A DNA stretch of 64,000 nt from Auanema rhodensis. Taxonomy: Eukaryota > Animalia > Nematoda. The number at the start of each line of letters is the position of its first letter. The stretch's first letter is position 1. Location of the stretch: the NCBI GenBank assembly GCA_964057225.1, contig OZ059895.1, forward strand, positions 62,001 to 126,000, given 5' to 3'. A model generated the notes under the pieces. It had not been told where the DNA came from and searched no databases. It was given only the letters and a program-made list of their open reading frames with translations. Both the position numbers and the translations under genes were made by a program. Shown one piece after another: positions 12,401 through 25,600 of this stretch.

Positions 12401-13850
12401 GCGAGTTACATACCAAGTGCACATCACGTGTACATTTAATTAGCATAAATTAAAGTTCACGTAAATTTCAAAGTCATGGTTACCATGAACCAATATCAAT
12501 AAAAATTTGTTTTTAGACTAATATGGACATGGGGAATCTAATTTTGAAAACCGCATCTCTTTATCTTTCACGTGAAGCGAGTTACATACCAAGTGCACAT
12601 CACGTGTACATTTATATAGCATAAATTAAAGTTCACGTAAATTTCAAAGTCATGGTTACCATGCACCAATATCAATAAAAATTTGTTGTTAGACTAATAT
12701 GGACATGGGGAATCTAATTTTGAAAACCGCATCTCTTTATCTTTCACGTGAAGCGAGTTACATACCAAGTGCCCATCACGTGTACATTTAATTAGCATAA
12801 ATTTACATTTAATTGGCATAAATTAAAGTTCACGTAAATTTCAAAGTCATGGTTACCATGAACCAATATCAATAAAAATTTGTTTTTAGACTAATATGGA
12901 CATGGGGAATCTAATTTTGAAAACCGCATCTCTTTATCTTTCACGTGAAGCGAGTTACATACCAAGTGCACATCACGTGTACATTTAATTAGCATAAATT
13001 AAAGTTCACGTAAATTTCAAAGTCATGGTTACCATGAACCAATATCAATAAAAATTTGTTTTTATACTAATATGGACATGGGGAATCTAATTTTGAAAAC
13101 CGCATCTCTTTATCTTTCACGTGAAGCGAGTTGCATACCAAGTGCACATCACGTGTACATTTAATTAGCATAAATTAAAGTTCACGTAAATTTCAAAGTC
13201 ATGGTTACCATGCACCAATATCAATTAAAATTTGTTGTTAGACTAATATGGACATGGGGAATCTAATTTTGAAAACCGCATCTCTCTATCTTTCACGTGA
13301 AGCGAGTTACATACCAAGTGCACATCACGTGTACATTTAATTAGCATAAATTAAAGTTCACGTAAATTTCAAAGTCATGGTTACCATGCACCAATATCAA
13401 TAAAAATTTGTTGTTAGACTAATATGGACATGGGGAATCTAATTTTGAAAACCGCATCTCTTTATCTTTCACGTGAAGCGAGTTACATACCAAGTGCACA
13501 TCACGTGTACATTTAATTAGCATAAATTTACATTTAATTGGCATAAATTAAAGTTCACGTAAATTTCAAAGTCATGGTTACCATGAACCAATATCAATAA
13601 AAATTTGTTTTTAGACTAATATGGACATGGGGAATCTAAATTTGAAAACCGCATCTCTTTATCTTTCACGTGAAGCGAGTTACATACCAAGTGCACATCA
13701 CGTGTACATTTAATTAGCATAAATTAAAGTTCACGTAAATTTCAAAGTCATGGTTACCATGAACCAATATCAATAAAAATTTGTTTTTAGACTAATATGG
13801 ACATGGGGAATCTAATTTTGAAAACCGCATCTCTTTATCTTTCACGTGAA
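6500..13850 (+). repeat. 22-monomer higher-order tandem duplication, offset 3,935 bp
   Basis: Rare markers pair at a constant offset: TTTTAAAAATCGC 7027/10962 and CAATTAAA 9291/13226. 3935=22x176+3x21. Ends are approximate. Confidence 0.85.
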
Positions 13851-16800
13851 GCGAGTTGCATACCAAGTGCACATCACGTGTACATTTAATTAGCATAAAT
13901 TAAAGTTCACGTAAATTTCAAAGTCATGGTTACCATGCACCAATATCAATTAAAATTTGTTGTTAGACTAATATGGACATGGGGAATCTAATTTTGAAAA
14001 CCGCATCTCTCTATCTTTCACGTGAAGCGAGTTACATACCAAGTGCACATCACGTGTACATTTAATTAGCATAAATTAAAGTTCACGTAAATTTCAAAGT
14101 CATGGTTACCATGCACCAATATCAATAAAAATTTGTTGTTAGACTAATATGGACATGGGGAATCTAATTTTGAAAACCGCATCTCTTTATCTTTCACGTG
14201 AAGCGAGTTACATACCAAGTGCACATCACGTGTACATTTAATTAGCATAAATTTACATTTAATTGGCATAAATTAAAGTTCACGTAAATTTCAAAGTCAT
14301 GGTTACCATGAACCAATATCAATAAAAATTTGTTTTTAGACTAATATGGACATGGGGAATCTAAATTTGAAAACCGCATCTCTTTATCTTTCACGTGAAG
14401 CGAGTTACATACCAAGTGCACATCACGTGTACATTTAATTAGCATAAATTAAAGTTCACGTAAATTTCAAAGTCATGGTTACCATGAACCAATATCAATA
14501 AAAATTTGTTTTTAGACTAATATGGACATGGGGAATCTAATTTTGAAAACCGCATCTCTTTATCTTTCACGTGAAGCGAGTTACATACCAAGTGCACATC
14601 ACGTGTACATTTATATAGCATAAATTAAAGTTCACGTAAATTTCAAAGTCATGGTTACCATGCACCAATATCAATAAAAATTTGTTGTTAGACTAATATA
14701 GACATGGGGAATCTAATTTTGAAAACCGCATCTCTTTATCTTTCACGTGAAGCGAGTTACATACCAAGTGCCCATCACGTGTACATTTAATTAGCATAAA
14801 TTTACATTTAATTGGCATAAATTAAAGTTCACGTAAATTTCAAAGTCATGGTTACCATGAACCAATATCAATAAAAATTTGTTTTTAGACTAATATGGAC
14901 ATGGGGAATCTAATTTTGAAAACCGCATCTCATTATCTTTCACGTGAAGCGAGTTACATACCAAGTGCACATCACGTGTACATTTAATTAGCATAAATTA
15001 AAGTTCACGTAAATTTCAAAGTCATGGTTACCATGAACCAATATCAATAAAAATTTGTTTTTATACTAATATGGACATGGGGAATCTAATTTTGAAAACC
15101 GCATCTCTTTATCTTTCACGTGAAGCGAGTTGCATACCAAGTGCACATCACGTGTACATTTAATTAGCATAATTTAAAGTTCACGTAAATTTCAAAGTCA
15201 TGGTTACCATGCACCAATATCAATAAAAATTCGTTGTTAGACTAATATGGACATGGGGAATCTAATTTTGAAAACCGCATCTCTTTATCTTTCACGTGAA
15301 GCGAGTTACATACCAAGTGCACATCACGTGTACATTTATATAGCATAAATTAAAGTTCACGTAAATTTCAAAGTCATGGTTACCATGCACCAATATCAAT
15401 AAAAATTTGTTGTTAGACTAATATAGACATGGGGAATCTAATTTTGAAAACCGCATCTCTTTATCTTTCACGTGAAGCGAGTTACATACCAAGTGCCCAT
15501 CACGTGTACATTTAATTAGCATAAATTTACATTTAATTGGCATAAATTAAAGTTCACGTAAATTTCAAAGTCATGGTTACCATGAACCAATATCAATAAA
15601 AATTTGTTTTTAGACTAATATGGACATGGGGAATCTAATTTTGAAAACCGCATCTCATTATCTTTCACGTGAAGCGAGTTACATACCAAGTGCACATCAC
15701 GTGTACATTTAATTAGCATAAATTAAAGTTCACGTAAATTTCAAAGTCATGGTTACCATGAACCAATATCAATAAAAATTTGTTTTTATACTAATATGGA
15801 CATGGGGAATCTAATTTTGAAAACCGCATCTCTTTATCTTTCACGTGAAGCGAGTTGCATACCAAGTGCACATCACGTGTACATTTAATTAGCATAATTT
15901 AAAGTTCACGTAAATTTCAAAGTCATGGTTACCATGCACCAATATCAATAAAAATTCGTTGTTAGACTAATATGGACATGGGGAATCTAATTTTGAAAAC
16001 CGCATCTCTCTATCTTTCACGTGAAGCGAGTTACATACCAAGTGCACATCACGTGTACATTTAATTAGCATGAATTAAAGTTCACGTAAATTTCAAAGTC
16101 ATGGTTACCATGCACCAATATCAATAAAAATTTGTTGTTAGACTAATATGGACATGGGGAATCTAATTTTGAAAACCGCATCTCTTTATCTTTCACGTGA
16201 AGCGAGTTACATACCAAGTGCACATCACGTGTACATTTAATTAGCATAAATTTACATTTAATTGGCATAAATTTAAGTTCACGTAAATTTCAAAGTCATG
16301 GTTACCATGAACCAATATCAATAAAAATTTGTTGTTAGACTAATATGGACATGGGGAATCTAATTTTGAAAACCGCATCTCTTTATCTTTCACGTGAAGC
16401 GAGTTACATACCAAGTGCCCATCACGTGTACATTTAATTAGCATAAATTTACATTTAATTGGCATAAATTAAAGTTCACGTAAATTTCAAAGTCATGGTT
16501 ACCATGAACCAATATCAATAAAAATTTGTTTTTAGACTAATATGGACATGGGGAATCTAATTTTGAAAACCGCATCTCTTTATCTTTCACGTGAAGCGAG
16601 TTACAAACCAAGTGCACATCACGTGTACATTTAATTAGCATAAATTAAAGTTCACGTAAATTTCAAAGTCATGGTTACCATGAACCAATATCAATAAAAA
16701 TTTGGTTTTAGACTAATATGGACATGGGGAATCTAATTTTGAAAACCGCATCTCTTTATCTTTCACGTGAAGCGAGTTACATACCAAGTGCCCATCACGT

Positions 16801-16989
16801 GTACATTTAATTAGCATAAATTAAAGTTCACGTAAATTTCAAAGTCATGGTTACCATGCACCAATATCAATAAAAATTTGTTGTTAGACTAATATGGACA
16901 TGGGGAATCTAATTTTGAAAACCGCATCTCTTTATCTTTCACGTGAAGCGAGTTACATACCAAGTGCACATCACGTGTACATTTAATTA

Positions 16990-19900
16990 GCATAAATTAA
17001 AGTTCACGTAATTTTCAAAGTCATGGTTACCATGAACCAATATCAATAAAAATTTGTTTTTAGACTAATATGGACATGGGGAATCTAATTTTGAAAACCG
17101 CATCTCTTCATCTTTCACGTGAAGCGAGTTACATACCAAGTGCACATCACGTGTACATTTAATTAGCATAAATTAAAGTTCACGTAAATTTCAAAGTCAT
17201 GGTTACCATGAACCAATATCAATAAAAATTTGTTTTTAGACTAATATGGACATGGGGAATCTAAATTTGAAAACCGCATCTCTTTATCTTTCACGTGAAG
17301 CGAGTTACATACCAAGTGCACATCACGTGTACATTTAATTAGCATAAATTAAAGTTCACGTAAATTTCAAAGTCATGGTTACCATGAACCAATATCAATA
17401 AAAATTTGTTTTTAGACTAATATGGACATGGGGAATCTAATTTTGGAAACCGCATCTCTTTATCTTTCACGTGAAGCAAGTTACATACCAAGTGCACATC
17501 ACGTGTACATTTAATTAGCATAAATTAAAGTTCACGTAAATTTCAAAGTCATGGTTACCATGCACCAATATCAATAAAAATTTGTTGTTAGACTAATATG
17601 GATATGGGGAATCTAATTTTGAAAACCGCATCTCTTTATCTTTCACGTGAAGCGAGTTACATACCAAGTGCACATCACGTGTACATTTAATTAGCATAAA
17701 TTAAAGTTCACGTAAATTTCAAAGTCATGGTTACCATGCACCAATATCAATAAAAATTGGTTTTTAGACTAATATGGACATGGGGAATCTAATTTTGAAA
17801 ATCGCATCTCTTTATCTTTCACGTGAAGCGAGTTACTTACCAAGTGCACATCACGTGTACATTTAATTAGCATAAATTAAAGTTCACGTAAATTTCAAAG
17901 TCATGGTTACCATGCACCAATATCAATAAAAATTGGTTTTTAGACTAATATGGACATGGGGAATCTAATTTTGAAAATCGCATCTCTTTATCTTTCACGT
18001 GAAGCGAGTTACATACCAAGTGCACATCACGTGTACATTTAATTAGCATAAATTAAAGTTCACGTAAATTTCAAAGTCATGGTTACCATGAACCAATATC
18101 AATAAAAATTTGTTTTTAGACTAATATGGACATGGGGAATCTAATTTTGAAAACCGCATCTCTTTATCTTTCACGTGAAGCGAGTTACATACCAAGTGCA
18201 CATCACGTGTACATTTAATTAGCATAAATTAAAGTTCACGTAAATTTCAAAGTCATGGTTACCATGAACCAATATCAATAAAAATTTGGTTTTAGACTAA
18301 TATGGACATGGGGAATCTAATTTTGAAAACCGCATCTCTTTATCTTTCACGTGAAGCGAGTTGCATACCAAGTGCACATCACGTGTACATTTAATTAGCA
18401 TAAATTAAAGTTCACGTAAATTTCAAAGTCATGGTTACCATGCACCAATATCAATAAAAATTTGTTGTTAGACTAATATGGACATGGGGAATCTAATTTT
18501 GAAAACCGCATCTCTCTATCTTTCACGTGAAGCGAGTTACATACCAAGTGCACATCACGTGTACATTTAATTAGCATAAATTAAAGTTCACGTAAATTTC
18601 AAAGTCATGGTTACCATGCACCAATATCAATAAAAATTTGTTGTTAGACTAATATGGACATGGGGAATCTAATTTTGAAAACCGCATCTCTTTATCTTTC
18701 ACGTGAAGCGAGTTACATACCAAGTGCACATCACGTGTACATTTAATTAGCATAAATTCACATTTAATTGGCATAAATTAAAGTTCACGTAAATTTCAAA
18801 GTCATGGTTACCATGAACCAATATCAATAAAAATTTGTTTTTAGACTAATATGGACATGGGGAATCTAATTTTGAAAACCGCATCTCTTTATCTTTCACG
18901 TGAAGCGAGTTACAAACCAAGTGCACATCACGTGTACATTTAATTAGCATAAATTAAAGTTCACGTAAATTTCAAAGTCATGGTTACCATGAACCAATAT
19001 CAATAAAAATTTGTTTTTAGACTAATATGGACATGAGGAATCTAATTTTGAAAACCGCATCTCTTTATCTTTCACGTGAAGCGAGTTACATACCAAGTGC
19101 ACATCGCGTGTACATTTAATTAGCATAAATTAAAGTTCACGTAAATTTCAAAGTCATGGTTACCATGCACCAATATCAATAAAAATTTGTTTTTAGACTA
19201 ATATGGACATGGGGAATCTAATTTTGAAAATCGCATCTCTTTATCTTTCACGTGAAGCGAGTTACATACCAAGTGCACATCACGTGTACATTTAATTAGC
19301 ATAAATTAAAGTTCACGTAAATTTCAAAGTCATGGTTACCATGAACCAATATCAATAAAAATTTGGTTTTAGACTAATATGGACATGGGGAATCTAATTT
19401 TGAAAACCGCATCTCTTTATCTTTCACGTGAAGCGAGTTGCATACCAAGTGCACATCACGTGTACATTTAATTAGCATAAATTAAAGTTCACGTAAATTT
19501 CAAAGTCATGGTTACCATGCACCAATATCAATAAAAATTTGTTGTTAGACTAATATGGACATGGGGAATCTAATTTTGAAAACCGCATCTCTCTATCTTT
19601 CACGTGAAGCGAGTTACATACCAAGTGCACATCACGTGTACATTTAATTAGCATAAATTAAAGTTCACGTAAATTTCAAAGTCATGGTTACCATGCACCA
19701 ATATCAATAAAAATTTGTTGTTAGACTAATATGGACATGGGGAATCTAATTTTGAAAACCGCATCTCTTTATCTTTCACGTGAAGCGAGTTACATACCAA
19801 GTGCACATCACGTGTACATTTAATTAGCATAAATTCACATTTAATTGGCATAAATTAAAGTTCACGTAAATTTCAAAGTCATGGTTACCATGAACCAATA

Positions 19901-22900
19901 TCAATAAAAATTTGTTTTTAGACTAATATGGACATGGGGAATCTAATTTTGAAAACCGCATCTCTTTATCTTTCACGTGAAGCGAGTTACAAACCAAGTG
20001 CACATCACGTGTACATTTAATTAGCATAAATTAAAGTTCACGTAAATTTCAAAGTCATGGTTACCATGAACCAATATCAATAAAAATTTGTTTTTAGACT
20101 AATATGGACATGAGGAATCTAATTTTGAAAACCGCATCTCTTTATCTTTCACGTGAAGCGAGTTACATACCAAGTGCACATCGCGTGTACATTTAATTAG
20201 CATAAATTAAAGTTCACGTAAATTTCAAAGTCATGGTTACCATGCACCAATATCAATAAAAATTTGTTTTTAGACTAATATGGACATGGGGAATCTAATT
20301 TTGAAAATCGCATCTCTTTATCTTTCACGTGAAGCGAGTTACATACCAAGTGCACATCACGTGTACATTTAATTAGCATAAATTAAAGTTCACGTAAATT
20401 TCAAAGTCATGGTTACCATGAACCAATATCAATAAAAATTTGTTTTTAGACTAATATGGACATGGGGAATCTAATTTTGAAAATCGCATCTCTTTATCTT
20501 TCACGTGAAGCGAGTTACATACCAAGTGCACATCACGTGTACATTTAATTAGCATAAATTAAAGTTCACGTAAATTTCAAAGTCATGGTTACCATGAACC
20601 AATATCAATAAAAATTTGTTTTTAGACTAATATGGACATGGGGAATCTAATTTTGAAAACCGCATCTCTTTATCTTTCACGTGAAGCGAGTTACATGCCA
20701 AGTGCACATCACGTGTACATTTAATTACATAAATTAAAGTTCACGTAAATTTCAAAGTCATGGTTACCATGCACCAATATCAATAAAAATTGGTTTTTAG
20801 ACTAATATGGACATGGGGAATCTAATTTTGAAAATCGCATCTCTTTATCTTTCACGTGAAGCGAGTTACATACCAAGTGCACATCACGTGTACATTTAAT
20901 TAGCGTAAATTAAAGTTCACGTAAATTTCAAAGTCATGGTTACCATGAACCAATATCAATAAAAATTTGTTGTTAGACTAATATGGACATGGGGAATCTA
21001 ATTTTGAAAACCGCATCTCTTTATCTTTCACGTGAAGCGAGTTACATACCAAGTGCACATCGCGTGTACATTTAATTAGCATAAATTAAAGTTCACGTAA
21101 ATTTCAAAGTCATGGTTACCATGAACCAATATCAATAAAAATTTGGTTTTAGACTAATATGGACATGGGGAATCTAATTTTGAAAACCGCATCTCTTTAT
21201 CTTTCACGTGAAGCGAGTTACATACCAAGTGCACATCACGTGTACATTTAATTAGCATAAATTCACATTTAATTGGCATAAATTAAAGTTCACGTAAATT
21301 TCAAAGTCATGGTTACCATGAACCAATATCAATAAAAATTTGTTTTTAGACTAATATGGACATGGGGAATCTAATTTTGAAAACCGCATCTCTTTATCTT
21401 TCACGTGAAGCGAGTTACATACCAAGTGCACATCACGTGTACATTTAATTAGCATAAATTCACATTTAATTGGCATAAATTAAAGTTCACGTAATTTTCA
21501 AAGTCATGGTTACCATGAACCAATATCAATAAAAATTTGTTTTTAGACTAATATGGACATGGGGAATCTAATTTTGAAAACCGCATCTCTTCATCTTTCA
21601 CGTGAAGCGAGTTACATACCAAGTGCACATCACGTGTACATTTAATTAGCATAAATTAAAGTTCACGTAAATTTCAAAGTCATGGTTACCATGAACCAAT
21701 ATCAATAAAAATTTGTTTTTAGACTAATATGGACATGGGGAATCTAAATTTGAAAACCGCATCTCTTTATCTTTCACGTGAAGCGAGTTACATACCAAGT
21801 GCACATCACGTGTACATTTAATTAGCATAAATTAAAGTTCACGTAAATTTCAAAGTCATGGTTACCATGAACCAATATCAATAAAAATTTGTTTTTAGAC
21901 TAATATGGACATGGGGAATCTAATTTTGGAAACCGCATCTCTTTATCTTTCACGTGAAGCAAGTTACATACCAAGTGCACATCACGTGTACATTTAATTA
22001 GCATAAATTAAAGTTCACGTAAATTTCAAAGTCATGGTTACCATGCACCAATATCAATAAAAATTTGTTGTTAGACTAATATGGATATGGGGAATCTAAT
22101 TTTGAAAACCGCATCTCTTTATCTTTCACGTGAAGCGAGTTACATACCAAGTGCACATCACGTGTACATTTAATTAGCATAAATTAAAGTTCACGTAAAT
22201 TTCAAAGTCATGGTTACCATGCACCAATATCAATAAAAATTGGTTTTTAGACTAATATGGACATGGGGAATCTAATTTTGAAAATCGCATCTCTTTATCT
22301 TTCACGTGAAGCGAGTTACTTACCAAGTGCACATCACGTGTACATTTAATTAGCATAAATTAAAGTTCACGTAAATTTCAAAGTCATGGTTACCATGCAC
22401 CAATATCAATAAAAATTGGTTTTTAGACTAATATGGACATGGGGAATCTAATTTTGAAAATCGCATCTCTTTATCTTTCACGTGAAGCGAGTTACATACC
22501 AAGTGCACATCACGTGTACATTTAATTAGCATAAATTAAAGTTCACGTAAATTTCAAAGTCATGGTTACCATGAACCAATATCAATAAAAATTTGTTTTT
22601 AGACTAATATGGACATGGGGAATCTAATTTTGAAAACCGCATCTCTTTATCTTTCACGTGAAGCGAGTTACATACCAAGTGCACATCACGTGTACATTTA
22701 ATTAGCATAAATTAAAGTTCACGTAAATTTCAAAGTCATGGTTACCATGAACCAATATCAATAAAAATTTGGTTTTAGACTAATATGGACATGGGGAATC
22801 TAATTTTGAAAACCGCATCTCTTTATCTTTCACGTGAAGCGAGTTGCATACCAAGTGCACATCACGTGTACATTTAATTAGCATAAATTAAAGTTCACGT

Positions 22901-25600
22901 AAATTTCAAAGTCATGGTTACCATGCACCAATATCAATAAAAATTTGTTGTTAGACTAATATGGACATGGGGAATCTAATTTTGAAAACCGCATCTCTCT
23001 ATCTTTCACGTGAAGCGAGTTACATACCAAGTGCACATCACGTGTACATTTAATTAGCATAAATTAAAGTTCACGTAAATTTCAAAGTCATGGTTACCAT
23101 GCACCAATATCAATAAAAATTTGTTGTTAGACTAATATGGACATGGGGAATCTAATTTTGAAAACCGCATCTCTTTATCTTTCACGTGAAGCGAGTTACA
23201 TACCAAGTGCACATCACGTGTACATTTAATTAGCATAAATTCACATTTAATTGGCATAAATTAAAGTTCACGTAAATTTCAAAGTCATGGTTACCATGAA
23301 CCAATATCAATAAAAATTTGTTTTTAGACTAATATGGACATGGGGAATCTAATTTTGAAAACCGCATCTCTTTATCTTTCACGTGAAGCGAGTTACAAAC
23401 CAAGTGCACATCACGTGTACATTTAATTAGCATAAATTAAAGTTCACGTAAATTTCAAAGTCATGGTTACCATGAACCAATATCAATAAAAATTTGTTTT
23501 TAGACTAATATGGACATGAGAAATCTAATTTTGAAAACCGCATCTCTTTATCTTTCACGTGAAGCGAGTTACATACCAAGTGCACATCGCGTGTACATTT
23601 AATTAGCATAAATTAAAGTTCACGTAAATTTCAAAGTCATGGTTACCATGCACCAATATCAATAAAAATTTGTTTTTAGACTAATATGGACATGGGGAAT
23701 CTAATTTTGAAAATCGCATCTCTTTATCTTTCACGTGAAGCGAGTTACATACCAAGTGCACATCACGTGTACATTTAATTAGCATAAATTAAAGTTCACG
23801 TAAATTTCAAAGTCATGGTTACCATGAACCAATATCAATAAAAATTTGGTTTTAGACTAATATGGACATGGGGAATCTAATTTTGAAAACCGCATCTCTT
23901 TATCTTTCACGTGAAGCGAGTTGCATACCAAGTGCACATCACGTGTACATTTAATTAGCATAAATTAAAGTTCACGTAAATTTCAAAGTCATGGTTACCA
24001 TGCACCAATATCAATAAAAATTTGTTGTTAGACTAATATGGACATGGGGAATCTAATTTTGAAAACCGCATCTCTCTATCTTTCACGTGAAGCGAGTTAC
24101 ATACCAAGTGCACATCACGTGTACATTTAATTAGCATAAATTAAAGTTCACGTAAATTTCAAAGTCATGGTTACCATGCACCAATATCAATAAAAATTTG
24201 TTGTTAGACTAATATGGACATGGGGAATCTAATTTTGAAAACCGCATCTCTTTATCTTTCACGTGAAGCGAGTTACATACCAAGTGCACATCACGTGTAC
24301 ATTTAATTAGCATAAATTCACATTTAATTGGCATAAATTAAAGTTCACGTAAATTTCAAAGTCATGGTTACCATGAACCAATATCAATAAAAATTTGTTT
24401 TTAGACTAATATGGACATGGGGAATCTAATTTTGAAAACCGCATCTCTTTATCTTTCACGTGAAGCGAGTTACAAACCAAGTGCACATCACGTGTACATT
24501 TAATTAGCATAAATTAAAGTTCACGTAAATTTCAAAGTCATGGTTACCATGAACCAATATCAATAAAAATTTGTTTTTAGACTAATATGGACATGAGGAA
24601 TCTAATTTTGAAAACCGCATCTCTTTATCTTTCACGTGAAGCGAGTTACATACCAAGTGCACATCGCGTGTACATTTAATTAGCATAAATTAAAGTTCAC
24701 GTAAATTTCAAAGTCATGGTTACCATGCACCAATATCAATAAAAATTTGTTTTTAGACTAATATGGACATGGGGAATCTAATTTTGAAAATCGCATCTCT
24801 TTATCTTTCACGTGAAGCGAGTTACATACCAAGTGCACATCACGTGTACATTTAATTAGCATAAATTAAAGTTCACGTAAATTTCAAAGTCATGGTTACC
24901 ATGAACCAATATCAATAAAAATTTGTTTTTAGACTAATATGGACATGGGGAATCTAATTTTGAAAATCGCATCTCTTTATCTTTCACGTGAAGCGAGTTA
25001 CATACCAAGTGCACATCACGTGTACATTTAATTAGCATAAATTAAAGTTCACGTAAATTTCAAAGTCATGGTTACCATGAACCAATATCAATAAAAATTT
25101 GTTTTTAGACTAATATGGACATGGGGAATCTAATTTTGAAAACCGCATCTCTTTATCTTTCACGTGAAGCGAGTTACATGCCAAGTGCACATCACGTGTA
25201 CATTTAATTACATAAATTAAAGTTCACGTAAATTTCAAAGTCATGGTTACCATGCACCAATATCAATAAAAATTGGTTTTTAGACTAATATGGACATGGG
25301 GAATCTAATTTTGAAAATCGCATCTCTTTATCTTTCACGTGAAGCGAGTTACATACCAAGTGCACATCACGTGTACATTTAATTAGCGTAAATTAAAGTT
25401 CACGTAAATTTCAAAGTCATGGTTACCATGAACCAATATCAATAAAAATTTGTTGTTAGACTAATATGGACATGGGGAATCTAATTTTGAAAACCGCATC
25501 TCTTTATCTTTCACGTGAAGCGAGTTACATACCAAGTGCACATCGCGTGTACATTTAATTAGCATAAATTAAAGTTCACGTAAATTTCAAAGTCATGGTT
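16990..25600 (+). repeat. 25-monomer higher-order tandem duplication, offset 4,483 bp, each copy containing a nested 6-mer (1,077 bp) duplication
   Basis: Marker pairs at offset 4483: 17012/21495, 17109/21592, 17603/22086, 17837/22320, 20728/25211, 21062/25545. Nested CATGAGG at 19036/20113. Confidence 0.92.

Larger units (their letters stand above)
1..24339. repeat. Left sub-domain: mixed 176/197-bp monomers with variants G41A, A46G, T49A, A59C/A59T, T23C
   Basis: Contains 23 197-mers, the last at 24298-24339. Diagnostic strings GCAAGTT, TTGCAT, ACAAACC, GTGCCC and TTTATATAG recur. Confidence 0.85.
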
